Assembly (NCBI GenBank): GCA_029262675.1
Contig: JAJCYW010000010.1
Span: 129,166-193,165, forward strand
Reading direction: 5' to 3'
From: Chloroflexota bacterium
GTDB taxonomy: Bacteria; Chloroflexota; Dehalococcoidia; DSTF01; RBG-16-68-14
DNA: 64,000 nt
Positions within the stretch are counted from its first letter, which is position 1; every line of letters starts with the position of its first letter. The translations under genes and the position numbers were made by a program. The notes under the pieces are model-generated. The model was not told the DNA's origin, made no database searches, and saw only the letters and a program-made list of their open reading frames with translations. This document shows positions 1 to 9,759 of this stretch, piece by piece.

Positions 1-1057
1 CTGCGACACCAACGGCGGCACGATTCCGTCCAAGCTCACAGAAGCCCTGCGGGCCGCGCGCGAAGCCGTCTCCTGCACCATCAGCATCCACTGCCACAAC
101 GATGCCGGTCTCGCCGTCGCCAACACGATGACGGCGGTGGAGGAAGGCGTCACGCAGGTCCAGGGCTGTATCAACGGCTACGGAGACAAGTGCGGCAACG
201 CCGACCTGGCCAGCGTGATTGCCAACCTGAAGCTGAAGATGGGCATCGACGTAGTTTCCGACGAACAACTGGCGCGCCTGTCCGAGGTCGCGCATTACGT
301 CAGCGAGATCGTCAACGTCGTGCCGTCGCCGTTCCAGCCGTACGTCGGCGCCAGCGCCTTCGCCCATAAGGCCGGCCTCCATACGGACGGCATGCTCAAG
401 GACGACTCCTCATACCAGCACGTCTCACCGGAGCTGGTCGGCAACAGCTACCGTTTGCTGATCTCGGAGTTGGCCGGCAGCAGGGGACTGCTGGAGAAGA
501 TGCGGGCCGCCGGCATCGATGTCGACCTGAACCGCGACGACGCCCGGCGCGTGTTGGAGCAGGTGAAGGAGCAGGAGAGTCGTGGCTACCAGTACGAAGG
601 CGCCGAAGCCTCGTTCGAGCTGCTCGTCCGCCGTTCGCTGCCGGGCTATACGCAGCCGTTCGAGCTGAAGGACTTCTGGATCGTGCAGCGCCGCGCCACA
701 CGGGCGGAGGATCATGGCCGTGAGATGCAGACCGAAGCGATGGTTAAGGTGCAGGTGGGCGAGGAGATCATCCAGACCGCGGCGGACGGCAACGGCCCGG
801 TCAACGCCCTGGACGCCGCGGTGCGGAAGGCGTTGGTTACGTTCTACCCCGAACTGGAGGCGATCAAGCTCGTCGACTACAAGGTGCGCATCATCGATAC
901 GGCGGCAGGCACCGGCGCGTCTGTGCGCGTGCTCATCGAGTCGACCGACGGCGACGCGCTCTGCAGCACGGTCGGCGCGTCGACCGATATCGTGGAGGCC
1001 TCGTGGCTCGCGCTCAACGACGCGTTAGAGTACTGGCTGCTCGCCGCGAAGGGTTAG
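1..1057 (+). CDS. cimA: Citramalate synthase (LeuA/CimA family), 5' end outside window
   Basis: Frame open from window start (CDTNGG, HCHND); GYGDKCGNADL, AFAHKAGLH, GYQYEGAEASFEL, GNGPVNALD, LVDYKVRI. Confidence 0.85.
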   Translation, partial: CDTNGGTIPSKLTEALRAAREAVSCTISIHCHNDAGLAVANTMTAVEEGVTQVQGCINGYGDKCGNADLASVIANLKLKMGIDVVSDEQLARLSEVAHYVSEIVNVVPSPFQPYVGASAFAHKAGLHTDGMLKDDSSYQHVSPELVGNSYRLLISELAGSRGLLEKMRAAGIDVDLNRDDARRVLEQVKEQESRGYQYEGAEASFELLVRRSLPGYTQPFELKDFWIVQRRATRAEDHGREMQTEAMVKVQVGEEIIQTAADGNGPVNALDAAVRKALVTFYPELEAIKLVDYKVRIIDTAAGTGASVRVLIESTDGDALCSTVGASTDIVEASWLALNDALEYWLLAAKG

Positions 1058-1081
1058 TGCAATTCCGCTGGCATCACGCTA

Positions 1082-1174
1082 GCCTCACACTGAAACGTCA
1101 GTGTGAGGCCACAGGAGGGTCCGGGCCCTGAGTGCGCGCTCTAGCGCGCACTCAAAGCCGGTGCTTGCACCGGC
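1082..1174. terminator. Three perfect hairpins between convergent genes, probable bidirectional terminator region
   Basis: gcctcacactga-aacg-tcagtgtgaggc (1082-1109), tgagtgcgcgct-ct-agcgcgcactca (1129-1154), gccggtgc-tt-gcaccggc (1157-1174). Confidence 0.55.
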
Positions 1175-1175
1175 C

Positions 1176-3488
1176 CTACTCCGCCATCTTGATCTCGGGC
1201 AGCCACTCCAGCCACTTCGGCAGGTACCAGTTCCACTCGCCGAGCAGCTTCATCGTCGTCGGCAGGACGAAGGCGCGGATGACGGTCGCGTCGATGAGGA
1301 CCGCGGCCGCGAGGCCGAAGCCGAACTGCTGGAGGCCGATGTTGCGCGTGAAGGCGAAGATCAGCGCCACTGCCACCATGATCGCCGCGGCGTTCGTAAT
1401 GACGCCCGCGGTACCCTTCAAGCCGCGCGAAATCGCCTCGTCAGTCGTCGCACCTTGCTCGTAGTGTTCCTTGATACGGCTCATGACGAACATCTCATAG
1501 TCGATCGATAGGCCGAAGATGATGCTAAAGAGGAACAGCGGCAACCAGGATTCGATGATGCCGGTCGCCTCGAAGTCCAGCGCCCCCTCCAGCAGGTAGC
1601 CCTCCTGGAATACGAGCACGAGCAGCCCATACGCGAACCCAACCGATAGGAGGTTCAGGATGATAGCGCTTGCCGGGATCACAACCGATCGGAAGACGAG
1701 CAGCAGGATCAAGAAAGCAAGCCCGAGAACCCAGACGAGGACGAACGGCGAGCGGAAGATAATGTTGTCGCGGAAGTCGATGTTGCCGGCGCTCGCGCCC
1801 GTGACCAGCACCCGCGCGTCGCTGTCCTCGAACGCCTGCGGGATGAGATCGTCGCGCAGATGGTTCACGGCGTCGATCGCATGCTGATCGCCGGAGTCGG
1901 CGTTAATCGGGATGAAGCCGACTTCTGTGTTGCCCGAGTCGTTGAACGCCGGTTCCTGCGCGATCTGACCAAAGAACGCATCCGGATTGGTTGTGACGCT
2001 CTCCTGCTCCACTAGCGCCACAAGCTCCTCCACGGCTGCCTGGATCCCCGGTACGAAGACGTTGCCCTTCTCCCCGGCGTCGATCACTACCACGGCGGGC
2101 TGAACGAGTCCAAGCGTGAAGTTCTCCTCCAGCGCGATCATTGCTTTCTTGCCCTCAGCGTCATCGTGGAAGCTCCGCACTCCATTGAAGCCCAGGTTCA
2201 GCGTCAGGATCGGAGCCGTAATAGCCAGCAGGGCCACGATCGTTACGGCTGCGAAGATCACCGGTCGTTGCAGCACGCGGTCGATAATGGTGGCCCAAAT
2301 GCCCGTGCCTTCGTCGTGACTGCGGCTCAAGAAGGGAACGCCGAAGCGATCGATGTTGTCGCCGAGGAAGGCGATCAACGCCGGCAGCAGCGTCATCGCG
2401 CTGACGACAGCGATGAGGACGATAACGATTGCGGCCAAACCCAGGCTGCTGAAGATGCTATCGCGGACGAGGAACATGCCGCCCACGGCGAACACCGTCG
2501 TCGAGCCGGCGAAGACCACGGCCTTGCCCGATGTACCCGTGGCCACCCGCAGCGCGTCGTCCTTGGAGCGTCCGTCGCGGCGTTCGTTGCGGTAGCGTGT
2601 GATGACGAACAGCGCGTAATCGATGCCAGTCGCCAATCCCATCAGCAGCACGATCTGCTCGTAGCTCTGGTCCAGCGGAAAGAACTGGCTGATGACAGTG
2701 AGCACGGCCACCGCGACGAAGACGGCGCTGAACGCAAGGATCAGCGGCACAAGCGCGGCCAGCACCGCGCCGAAGGCGAGCACGAGGATGATGAACGTAA
2801 TTGGCAGGTTGAGCAAGCCGGCCCGGGCGAAATCTTCTTCGACGATGTCTGTAACCTGCTTCGTCAGCGACGCCTCGCCGCCGATCAAGATCGCGTCGTC
2901 GCCGGCCCCTTCCAGAAACGCCCCCGCAGGCTCGTACGCAGCGACCGCGTCCAGGACGACACCGATGTTGTCTACCGCCTCCTCAGAGTCGCCCTCCATC
3001 TCTACCAGGATGAACGAGACGTCGCCAGATGCTTCGCGTGTTGCCACGAACGGGGAGAGTTCGCGCGGCGCGCCAATGTCGTAGTGGGTCGTAATGTCGG
3101 AGATAACCCTGGTGTCGCTGACGACCGTTGTGGAGCCCTTTGCGGCTGTCTTCTCTGCGACGAGGCCCGTAAGCACGTCGCGCAGTCCTTGCACCGCTTC
3201 CTCGTATGCCTGGTCGTCAACCGTGAGCGAAGTGTGGGAGAAGACGATGAACTCGGTCAATCCGCTCTCGCTCTCGCCGAAGCGATCGTCAAACAGATTC
3301 GCCGCTTCGCCAGCTTCGCCGGGCGCCTCACCTTCGACGCTCGTGTCCGCCTCGATGACGGAGCAGGCCGCGAATGCTGCGATAACCAGCACGAGCCACG
3401 CTAGCACGACGACACGTCGATTGCGGGCGCTCCACATAGAGATGCGGGCCGTGAAGGATTGGGCTTCCTTGGACGCAGCGTCGTTCAC
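1176..3488 (-). CDS. MMPL/RND family transporter
   Basis: Two TM clusters; GLATGIDYALF and FGLSIDYEMF; C-terminal LLGEWNWYLPKWLEWLP. Confidence 0.9.
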   Translation of the reverse strand: MNDAASKEAQSFTARISMWSARNRRVVVLAWLVLVIAAFAACSVIEADTSVEGEAPGEAGEAANLFDDRFGESESGLTEFIVFSHTSLTVDDQAYEEAVQGLRDVLTGLVAEKTAAKGSTTVVSDTRVISDITTHYDIGAPRELSPFVATREASGDVSFILVEMEGDSEEAVDNIGVVLDAVAAYEPAGAFLEGAGDDAILIGGEASLTKQVTDIVEEDFARAGLLNLPITFIILVLAFGAVLAALVPLILAFSAVFVAVAVLTVISQFFPLDQSYEQIVLLMGLATGIDYALFVITRYRNERRDGRSKDDALRVATGTSGKAVVFAGSTTVFAVGGMFLVRDSIFSSLGLAAIVIVLIAVVSAMTLLPALIAFLGDNIDRFGVPFLSRSHDEGTGIWATIIDRVLQRPVIFAAVTIVALLAITAPILTLNLGFNGVRSFHDDAEGKKAMIALEENFTLGLVQPAVVVIDAGEKGNVFVPGIQAAVEELVALVEQESVTTNPDAFFGQIAQEPAFNDSGNTEVGFIPINADSGDQHAIDAVNHLRDDLIPQAFEDSDARVLVTGASAGNIDFRDNIIFRSPFVLVWVLGLAFLILLLVFRSVVIPASAIILNLLSVGFAYGLLVLVFQEGYLLEGALDFEATGIIESWLPLFLFSIIFGLSIDYEMFVMSRIKEHYEQGATTDEAISRGLKGTAGVITNAAAIMVAVALIFAFTRNIGLQQFGFGLAAAVLIDATVIRAFVLPTTMKLLGEWNWYLPKWLEWLPEIKMAE

Positions 3489-3592
3489 GTCATCCTCCTA
3501 GACTGAGCTTGAGCCAGAGGCGCGATTGGCCGTATAGTAGGCGCAATCACGCTGCTCAGTCAACCACTGCTGCGAGAAGTGAGGGGACGGAT

Positions 3593-4969
3593 ATGCTGCG
3601 ATCGATGAATTTCCCGAAGGCCATGATCCTCGTGGTTGGGCTTGTTTCCTTACTCTGCATAGCGGCTGCCTGTGGCGACGGTGACGATGATGGCGACTCG
3701 CCTCCGGTGGACGTCGAGCCCATCGAGCGCGGCGTCAACATCCCCATCGTGATCCCCGCTGGTGAGCCGATCATCATCGGCGTCTCGACTGCACTAACCG
3801 GCGGGCCCGCAGGCGACCGCGGGGCAGAGTATCGGGACGCCGCCATCGTCGCCGTCGAGCGCTGGAAGCAGCAGAACGGCGCGCTCATCGGCGGTCACGA
3901 GATCGTCGTGCATGCCGAGGACGATGGCTGCTCCAACACCGCGATCACTACCCGCGCCGCAGGCCACCTCCTGCGCGGCGAGGACGGACACCGGCAACTT
4001 CCGGGTCTCGTCGGCGTGATCGGGCCGCAGTGCAGCGGCGGCGTGCGCGCCGTGATCGACGACTACGCCAACGCAGGCATCGTCATGATCTCCGGCTCTG
4101 CCACGACGACAACGCTTACCGACGACCAGGGGGATGACGGCTTCTTCTTCCGCACGGCCTATCGCAACGACCTGGAGGGTACGCTGATCGGGCTGTTCGC
4201 AGCTACTAGAGAAGATCTCGGGATCGACAGTGCCGTGATCGTGGATAACAGCGAGACGTATGGCGAGGACCTGGCAAGCAACGCGGCGCGCATCTCTGAG
4301 GAAGTTGGCCTGACCATCGATCGCCTGAGCATTACCGAAGGGACCGTCGACTTCGGCCCGACGGTTCAGGAGATCACAGCTCTGGACCCGGCCTTCGTCG
4401 CCTTCACAGGCTTCAACCCGGAAGCGGCATTGCTCTACCGGCAACTCCGCGATGCCGGATACGATGGCATCTTCGGGGCAGGGGACGGGGCGGCTTCCGT
4501 CACAGGCTTTGTAGAGCCGGTCGGTGTCGCTGAGGCCGAGGGCGTCCTATTCTCAGGCTGCACGCTGCTGCTTCCCTCGGTGTTCCTGGACGACTTCGTA
4601 GACTTGCACGGCTACACACCCAGAGCTTCCTTCCCGACCCAGTACGCTGACGCCGCTACGGTCCTGCTTAGCGCGGTAGTCGCAGTGGCCGAGGCCCAAG
4701 ACGACGGCTCCCTCATCATCGAACCGACAGCGCTGCGTGACCGCGTGCGCGATACCGTCATCAGTGGCCTCTCAGGGGGCATTGCGTTCGATGAGAACGG
4801 CGATCGCCTGCCACCGGGCGTCAACAGCCTTGAGGACTTCGTTGCCACAGCGTTGGCAGAGGAGGATGCGACCGCGTTCGTGGACCTAGGCCTCGTGCCT
4901 TGCCAGGTCCAGGATGGCGTGCTAGTCAACTTGATGGGGCCGGGTGCCGGCGACATCATCTTTCCGTAA
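3593..4969 (+). CDS. Branched-chain amino acid (LivJ-type) solute-binding lipoprotein
   Basis: RBS gagggg then ATG 3593; lipobox IAAAC; AEDDGC, VGVIGPQCSG, FFFRTAY, GGIAFDENGDR; no permease adjacent. Confidence 0.8.
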   Translation: MLRSMNFPKAMILVVGLVSLLCIAAACGDGDDDGDSPPVDVEPIERGVNIPIVIPAGEPIIIGVSTALTGGPAGDRGAEYRDAAIVAVERWKQQNGALIGGHEIVVHAEDDGCSNTAITTRAAGHLLRGEDGHRQLPGLVGVIGPQCSGGVRAVIDDYANAGIVMISGSATTTTLTDDQGDDGFFFRTAYRNDLEGTLIGLFAATREDLGIDSAVIVDNSETYGEDLASNAARISEEVGLTIDRLSITEGTVDFGPTVQEITALDPAFVAFTGFNPEAALLYRQLRDAGYDGIFGAGDGAASVTGFVEPVGVAEAEGVLFSGCTLLLPSVFLDDFVDLHGYTPRASFPTQYADAATVLLSAVVAVAEAQDDGSLIIEPTALRDRVRDTVISGLSGGIAFDENGDRLPPGVNSLEDFVATALAEEDATAFVDLGLVPCQVQDGVLVNLMGPGAGDIIFP

Positions 4970-5006
4970 TAGTGGCGACGTACCGCCGATACCGGGATCG
5001 TCGGCA

Positions 5007-5519
5007 TTGAGCCAGCTCGCCCAGGTCACGTCGCTCTACGCCTACAACGAATGGGCGAACGGCCACGTTATCGATGCCGCCTCTGCGCTGACCGAGGACG
5101 ACTACGGCCGCGACCTCGGCGCCAGCTTCGGGAGCGTACGCGGCAACCTGGCCCACATCGTCGGAGCGCAGACGCTCTGGCTGGGCCGCTTTAACTCCGC
5201 CGGTGGTGGCAAGCTGCCGGAAGCGGACGGAAGCCTGGGCGGCGTGCGCCGCCTCAACGCCACGTTCCATACCCGCCTGCGCGACTTCTTAGCGTTCCTG
5301 GGCGAGAGCGATCTGGCGTCCGCCGTTTCCTACGTGGACACGCGCGGGAGCGCGCACGAACATCCGCTGGGGCCGCTGCTGGTTCACGTAGTCAACCATG
5401 GCACGCACCACCGGGCGGAAGCGGCCATGCTGCTGACGTCGCTTGGGCACGGGCCCAGGCAGTTGGATTACGTGTTCTTCGAGCTAGAACGAACGGGCGT
5501 GGAGCCGCGGCTGACGTAG
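5007..5519 (+). CDS. DinB family protein
   Basis: YNEWAN, FGSVRGNLAHI, HVVNHGTHHRAE; start uncertain (TTG 5007 or GTG 4944). Confidence 0.85.
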   Translation: MSQLAQVTSLYAYNEWANGHVIDAASALTEDDYGRDLGASFGSVRGNLAHIVGAQTLWLGRFNSAGGGKLPEADGSLGGVRRLNATFHTRLRDFLAFLGESDLASAVSYVDTRGSAHEHPLGPLLVHVVNHGTHHRAEAAMLLTSLGHGPRQLDYVFFELERTGVEPRLT

Positions 5520-5527
5520 CTGATGGG

Positions 5528-5585
5528 GCCAGCGGTCGCCTGCATAGCAGGCGACCGCTGGCTGCCCGACCAAAGACGGGCAGCC
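5528..5585. terminator. Two hairpins between convergent DinB and kinase genes
   Basis: 16-bp perfect stem gccagcggtcgcctgc-ata-gcaggcgaccgctggc, then ggctgcccg-accaaaga-cgggcagcc. Confidence 0.5.
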
Positions 5586-5627
5586 GCGGACAGGCGGCGA
5601 ACCGCGGCTTACGTAACCCGCCTGACG

Positions 5628-7187
5628 CTAGACGGGCGGCCGCGCGCCGCCATTCGGCGTTGCGGCCAACGCAAGCGTGACCACGAACTCGGTGCCGTCT
5701 TCGCGGCTGCTGTTGGCGTGCGCGCTGCCGCCGTGGGCCTGCACGACCTCGCGGACGATGGCGAGGCCGAGGCCGGCGCCGTCGGTGCTGCGGTTGCGGT
5801 CCATCTGGAAGAAGCGCTCGAAGACGCGTGGCAGCTCGGCTGGCGGAATGTAGGAGCCGGTGTTGTGGACTGCGACGCGCACGTGGCCGTCTTCCCGCCG
5901 TGCGCTGACCGTGATCCTTCCGCCTGCCGGCGCGTGCCGCACGGCGTTGTCGATGAGGTTCGTGAACGCCTGCTCCAGACGCCGCTCGTCACCCGTAATG
6001 GCCGGCACGTCGTCGAGCTCCAGCCGCAGCTCCGCGCCGGACTCCTGTAGCTGCCAGTCGAAGCGGCCCGCGGAGGCTTCGAGGAGGTGGGCGACGTCGA
6101 TGAGCTCCCGCTGGACGACGGCCTGGCCGGATTCCAGACGCGACAGCTCGATCAGGTCATCCACCAAGCTGCGCATTCGCTGCGCTTCCTGGTTGATGAT
6201 CTTACCCGCCTGCTCCTGCTCTTCCGGCGTGGATATCGCACGCTCCTCCATCGCCTGGGAGAAGCCCTGGATGGAGGTGAGCGGCGTCTTCAACTCGTGA
6301 GAGACGTTGGCCAGCAGGTCGCGCATCATCTGCTGGGAGCGGCTGACCTGCAAGGCCATCTCGTTGAACGCGCGCGCCAGCCTGCCCACCTCGTCTTCGC
6401 CCCGCGGATCGAGCTGCTGGTCGTAGTCGCCCTGGGCCATGTTCTGGGCCGCCTGCGTTACCAGGCCCAGCCGTCTCGACACTGAGCGTGAGATCAGCAG
6501 CGCCGCGATGGCCGACGCGACGAGCGCGATGCCGCCGGCGATCGCGAGCTGCGGGATCAGGTCGGGCCAGGCGGAAGCGACTCGCTCCTCCGGCACGGCG
6601 ACTAAGGGCCGCAGGCTGGGCAGCGGAATGGTGCGGGATCCTTCAGCGCGGTTAACGAGGTCTTCCAACAGCCTATCGACCGCGTCCGGCGCTAGTCCCG
6701 CAGCGCTGAGTTCGTAGAACGCGGTCTGAAGCTGGAGCAGCCCGCTGCTGGAGACGCGCAGCGTTTCGTTGGCCGGCGCGAAGAGTAGCAGGGTTTCGCC
6801 GTCCACGTCGTAGCGCGCGCTGCGGAAGCGCGCGCCGTCGCGCACCGTGACTTTCGGCCCTAGCGCGAGGAAGACGTCAACCGTTTGCCCTGACATACTC
6901 GACTCCGTGTCAGTCGCGACAAGGCCGCGTTCGTCGACAAGGAGAACGCGCACGTCGAAGGCGCTGGCGTAGCCGTTGATCGTGTTCTGGATCTCCGCCT
7001 GGCTGACGCCGGCCTCTTCCAGGAGCGCCACCGCCAGCGTCATCGGTTCTGCCAGCCGGCCCACGCGCGCCTCCTCGGCCTCGCGCTCCTGGTCTCGCAG
7101 CAGGACAAGGGTGCCCGCCGCGGAGACCGCCAGCGTCAGGACGATGACGAACGCGAATGCCAGGAGGAGGCGCGACCTAAGACTCAT
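5628..7187 (-). CDS. HAMP-domain sensor histidine kinase
   Basis: Two TM helices, HAMP (DEVGRLARAFNEM), H-box ANVSHELKTPL, NLIDNA, GAGLGLAI; start MSLRSRLL overlapping the regulator. Confidence 0.92.
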   Translation of the reverse strand: MSLRSRLLLAFAFVIVLTLAVSAAGTLVLLRDQEREAEEARVGRLAEPMTLAVALLEEAGVSQAEIQNTINGYASAFDVRVLLVDERGLVATDTESSMSGQTVDVFLALGPKVTVRDGARFRSARYDVDGETLLLFAPANETLRVSSSGLLQLQTAFYELSAAGLAPDAVDRLLEDLVNRAEGSRTIPLPSLRPLVAVPEERVASAWPDLIPQLAIAGGIALVASAIAALLISRSVSRRLGLVTQAAQNMAQGDYDQQLDPRGEDEVGRLARAFNEMALQVSRSQQMMRDLLANVSHELKTPLTSIQGFSQAMEERAISTPEEQEQAGKIINQEAQRMRSLVDDLIELSRLESGQAVVQRELIDVAHLLEASAGRFDWQLQESGAELRLELDDVPAITGDERRLEQAFTNLIDNAVRHAPAGGRITVSARREDGHVRVAVHNTGSYIPPAELPRVFERFFQMDRNRSTDGAGLGLAIVREVVQAHGGSAHANSSREDGTEFVVTLALAATPNGGARPPV

Positions 7188-7866
7188 CGGTGCTGACCAC
7201 CAACTTGTAGCCAACGCCCCACACCGTCTGGATCTTGGCGTGCTTGGCCCCCGCCAGCTTTTCGCGCAGCCAGGCGACGTGGACGTCGATTGTCCGCGTA
7301 TCGCCGTAGTAATCGCTGCCCCAGACCAATTGGAGTAGCCGCTCTCGGTCGAGGACCGTGCCGGTGTGGTTCATGAACGCGGCCAGTAGGTCGAACTCCT
7401 TTGCCCGCAGCGTCACCTGCTTCCCTTCGACCGTTACCTCGCGGCTGGCGGAGTCCAGCCGAAGTCCGTCGGCCTCCAGCACCGCCTGCGGGGGTGCCGC
7501 GCTGGACGTTCGCCGCAGCACGGCCTTCACGCGCGCGACGAGCTCCCTGGGGTTGAAGGGCTTGGTGACGTAATCGTCCGCGCCGAGCTCGAGGCCGACG
7601 ACGCGGTCGATGTCGTCGTCGCGCGCCGTGAGCAAGATGATGGGCACGTTGCTCGTCTTGCGCAGCTCCTGGCAGACGGCCAGACCGTCCATCTCCGGCA
7701 TCATGATGTCCAGGATGATCAGATCGGGCCGCAGGGACTTGGCCTTCTCCAAGGCTTCAGCCCCGTTGTAGGCGGCCTCCACCTGGTAGCCGTCCTTGTT
7801 CAGGTAGAGCCGCGCTAGCTTGACGATGTTCTGCTCGTCGTCGACGACGAGGATCGTGCTGGCCAT
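7177..7866 (-). CDS. OmpR/PhoB family response regulator
   Basis: ILVVDDE, LDIMMP, GADDYVTKPF, RTIDVHVAWLREKL, TVWGVGYK. Confidence 0.95.
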   Translation of the reverse strand: MASTILVVDDEQNIVKLARLYLNKDGYQVEAAYNGAEALEKAKSLRPDLIILDIMMPEMDGLAVCQELRKTSNVPIILLTARDDDIDRVVGLELGADDYVTKPFNPRELVARVKAVLRRTSSAAPPQAVLEADGLRLDSASREVTVEGKQVTLRAKEFDLLAAFMNHTGTVLDRERLLQLVWGSDYYGDTRTIDVHVAWLREKLAGAKHAKIQTVWGVGYKLVVSTDES

Positions 7867-8125
7867 TGTTTCCCGTTCCTGGCTTTGGCGTTCGATCGCG
7901 TCTACTAACTATAACGCGGGACGGGGAGGATCGTACGCAGCCAGAGGGGCGGACCGCTCATCTGCCCTGCCTCCAAGCATTGCAGAACGCACGCCTTGCG
8001 ATGCACGCGGGCGGTTCGCCCCTGCCCATGCTGAGGCATCGACGATAAGGCGGTGCTAAGCGACTGTAAACACTGCGTTAACTCTTTTTGGGCGGGCCGT
8101 GCCGACCTTTTATGCGGCCGTACCA

Positions 8126-8134
8126 TGGTATAAT
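8126..8134 (+). promoter_or_regulatory. Extended -10 promoter element
   Basis: TGGTATAAT about 77 nt upstream of ATG 8211. Confidence 0.55.
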
Positions 8135-8210
8135 CCGCCCGTGTCCTGCAGCGAACGGGGCTGTTTGCGGGCCTCGGCGCAGGAGAGTTGGACTGAGGAG
8201 GTGGCTTGTG

Positions 8211-8420
8211 ATGGCCAACGGATTGCCGGTTTGTCAGAAATGCAAGGCGGGGGACCTGGTTCCGCTTTCGGACTTTGGAAGCCAGGGGGCGGCGATTCAC
8301 TACAAGGCCTGGGCCTGTACCAACCCGGACTGCGGGTTCAACCTCAAGATCCGCAACGGCGACCTCTACGTTGACGAACCGATCAGCAGCGGGACTTCCC
8401 ACGTTCCGCGCAGCCGCTGA
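8211..8420 (+). CDS. Small (69 aa) putative zinc-ribbon protein
   Basis: RBS gaggaggtg; CQKC and CTNPDC cysteine pairs. Confidence 0.7.
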   Translation: MANGLPVCQKCKAGDLVPLSDFGSQGAAIHYKAWACTNPDCGFNLKIRNGDLYVDEPISSGTSHVPRSR

Positions 8421-8460
8421 TCCGCGCCGCTAGAGGTCTCTTAGTGCCCGCTAGCACCAG

Positions 8461-8512
8461 CTAGCGCCTAGCGCCTAGCGCCAAGCGCCAAGCGCCAAGC
8501 GATCGCTAGCGC
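8461..8512. repeat. 7-bp tandem repeat (ctagcgc/caagcgc)
   Basis: ctagcgc x3, caagcgc x2, caagcga, tcg, then ctagcgc which is the stop end of the next gene. Confidence 0.85.
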
Positions 8513-9759
8513 CCGATGCCCACGTATTGCATGCCTGCCGCCTCGACGGCGGAGCGGTTCAGCACGTTCCGTCCGTCGAGCAGCGCACGGCATCCGGCGA
8601 ACGACGTGAAGTCGAGGTCTCGGTACTCGCTGTGCCAGGCCTGCACGATGATGGCGTCGACGCCAGGCTGCGGCAAGCTCGCCACCGGCTGCAGCCCCAG
8701 GCCGCGCAGCTCGTCGCCTGAGAAGAGCGGGTCGTGGACGAGCGCCTTCGCGCCGCGTGCCCGCAGCGCTTCCACTAGCAGCAGCGCGCTGGAGTGGGCC
8801 GCCTCCTTCACGTTGGAGCGGTAGGACACCCCCAGGACGAGCACCGTCGCGTCGCGGAGAGAACCGAGCGCCCGCTCTAGTCGCGCGACGCCGTAGGCCG
8901 CCATCGCGTCGTTTGCGGCGCGGGCGGCGGCCGGCAACACCAAGCCCGCCTCGCGTGGCAGAAAGTGTGGGTAGACGGGGAGGCAGTGGCCGCCGACGCC
9001 GACGCCCGGCTGGTGCAGGTGCGCGTAGGGTTGGCTGTTTGCGGCACGGATCACCTCCGCCACGTCGACGCCGACAGTATCGGCGTAGCGCGCCAGCTCG
9101 CCGGCCAGCGCGATGTTGACGTCGCGGTAGATGCCCTCCGCCAGCTTCGCGAACTCTGCCGTCTCCGGATCCGGGACGCGCATGATGGCCGGCGCTTCGA
9201 GCGCCGCCTTGTAGAATGCCTCAGCCTGCGCCCAGCTCGGTTCGTCCAGCGCGCCGACGATCTTCGGGTACGACGTTAAGTCCTGGAAGATGCGGCCCGT
9301 CGTCAGCCGCTCCGGGCTCGCCGCGAGCCGTACGTCATCGACGCCGGCCAGCGCCGCGCCGACGCGGCCCCGCGTGGTCCCGACGGGGACTGTCGTTTCG
9401 ACGATAATGAGAGTGCCCGGCCGCAACCCCTGCCGAATCGACTCGACCGCCGCGTCCAGATTCGTGAAGTCGGGTGCGCGGTCGTCCGTGAGGCCGACCG
9501 GCACGATGATGACGGCCACGTCGCTGGCCGCCACGGCGGCGGCTGTGTCGGTCGTCGCGCGCAGCGTCCCGGCCGCGATGGCGGAAGCCAACCCCTCCTC
9601 CAGGCCGGCCTCGCCCGCTATCGGGCAGACGCCGGCGTTGATCTGCGCGACGCGGTCCGCGTTCGCGTCGCAGCCGGCGACCGTCAGGCCGCGTGATGCA
9701 TACTGCACCGCGAGCGGCAGGCCAACTTTGCCCAGGCCGACGACGCAGACGTTCATCAT
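8506..9759 (-). CDS. Nucleotide-sugar 6-dehydrogenase (WbpA/WecC-like)
   Basis: VVGLGKVGLPLA, IVETTVPVGTT, SPER, GVGGHCLP catalytic Cys. Confidence 0.9.
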   Translation of the reverse strand: MMNVCVVGLGKVGLPLAVQYASRGLTVAGCDANADRVAQINAGVCPIAGEAGLEEGLASAIAAGTLRATTDTAAAVAASDVAVIIVPVGLTDDRAPDFTNLDAAVESIRQGLRPGTLIIVETTVPVGTTRGRVGAALAGVDDVRLAASPERLTTGRIFQDLTSYPKIVGALDEPSWAQAEAFYKAALEAPAIMRVPDPETAEFAKLAEGIYRDVNIALAGELARYADTVGVDVAEVIRAANSQPYAHLHQPGVGVGGHCLPVYPHFLPREAGLVLPAAARAANDAMAAYGVARLERALGSLRDATVLVLGVSYRSNVKEAAHSSALLLVEALRARGAKALVHDPLFSGDELRGLGLQPVASLPQPGVDAIIVQAWHSEYRDLDFTSFAGCRALLDGRNVLNRSAVEAAGMQYVGIGR

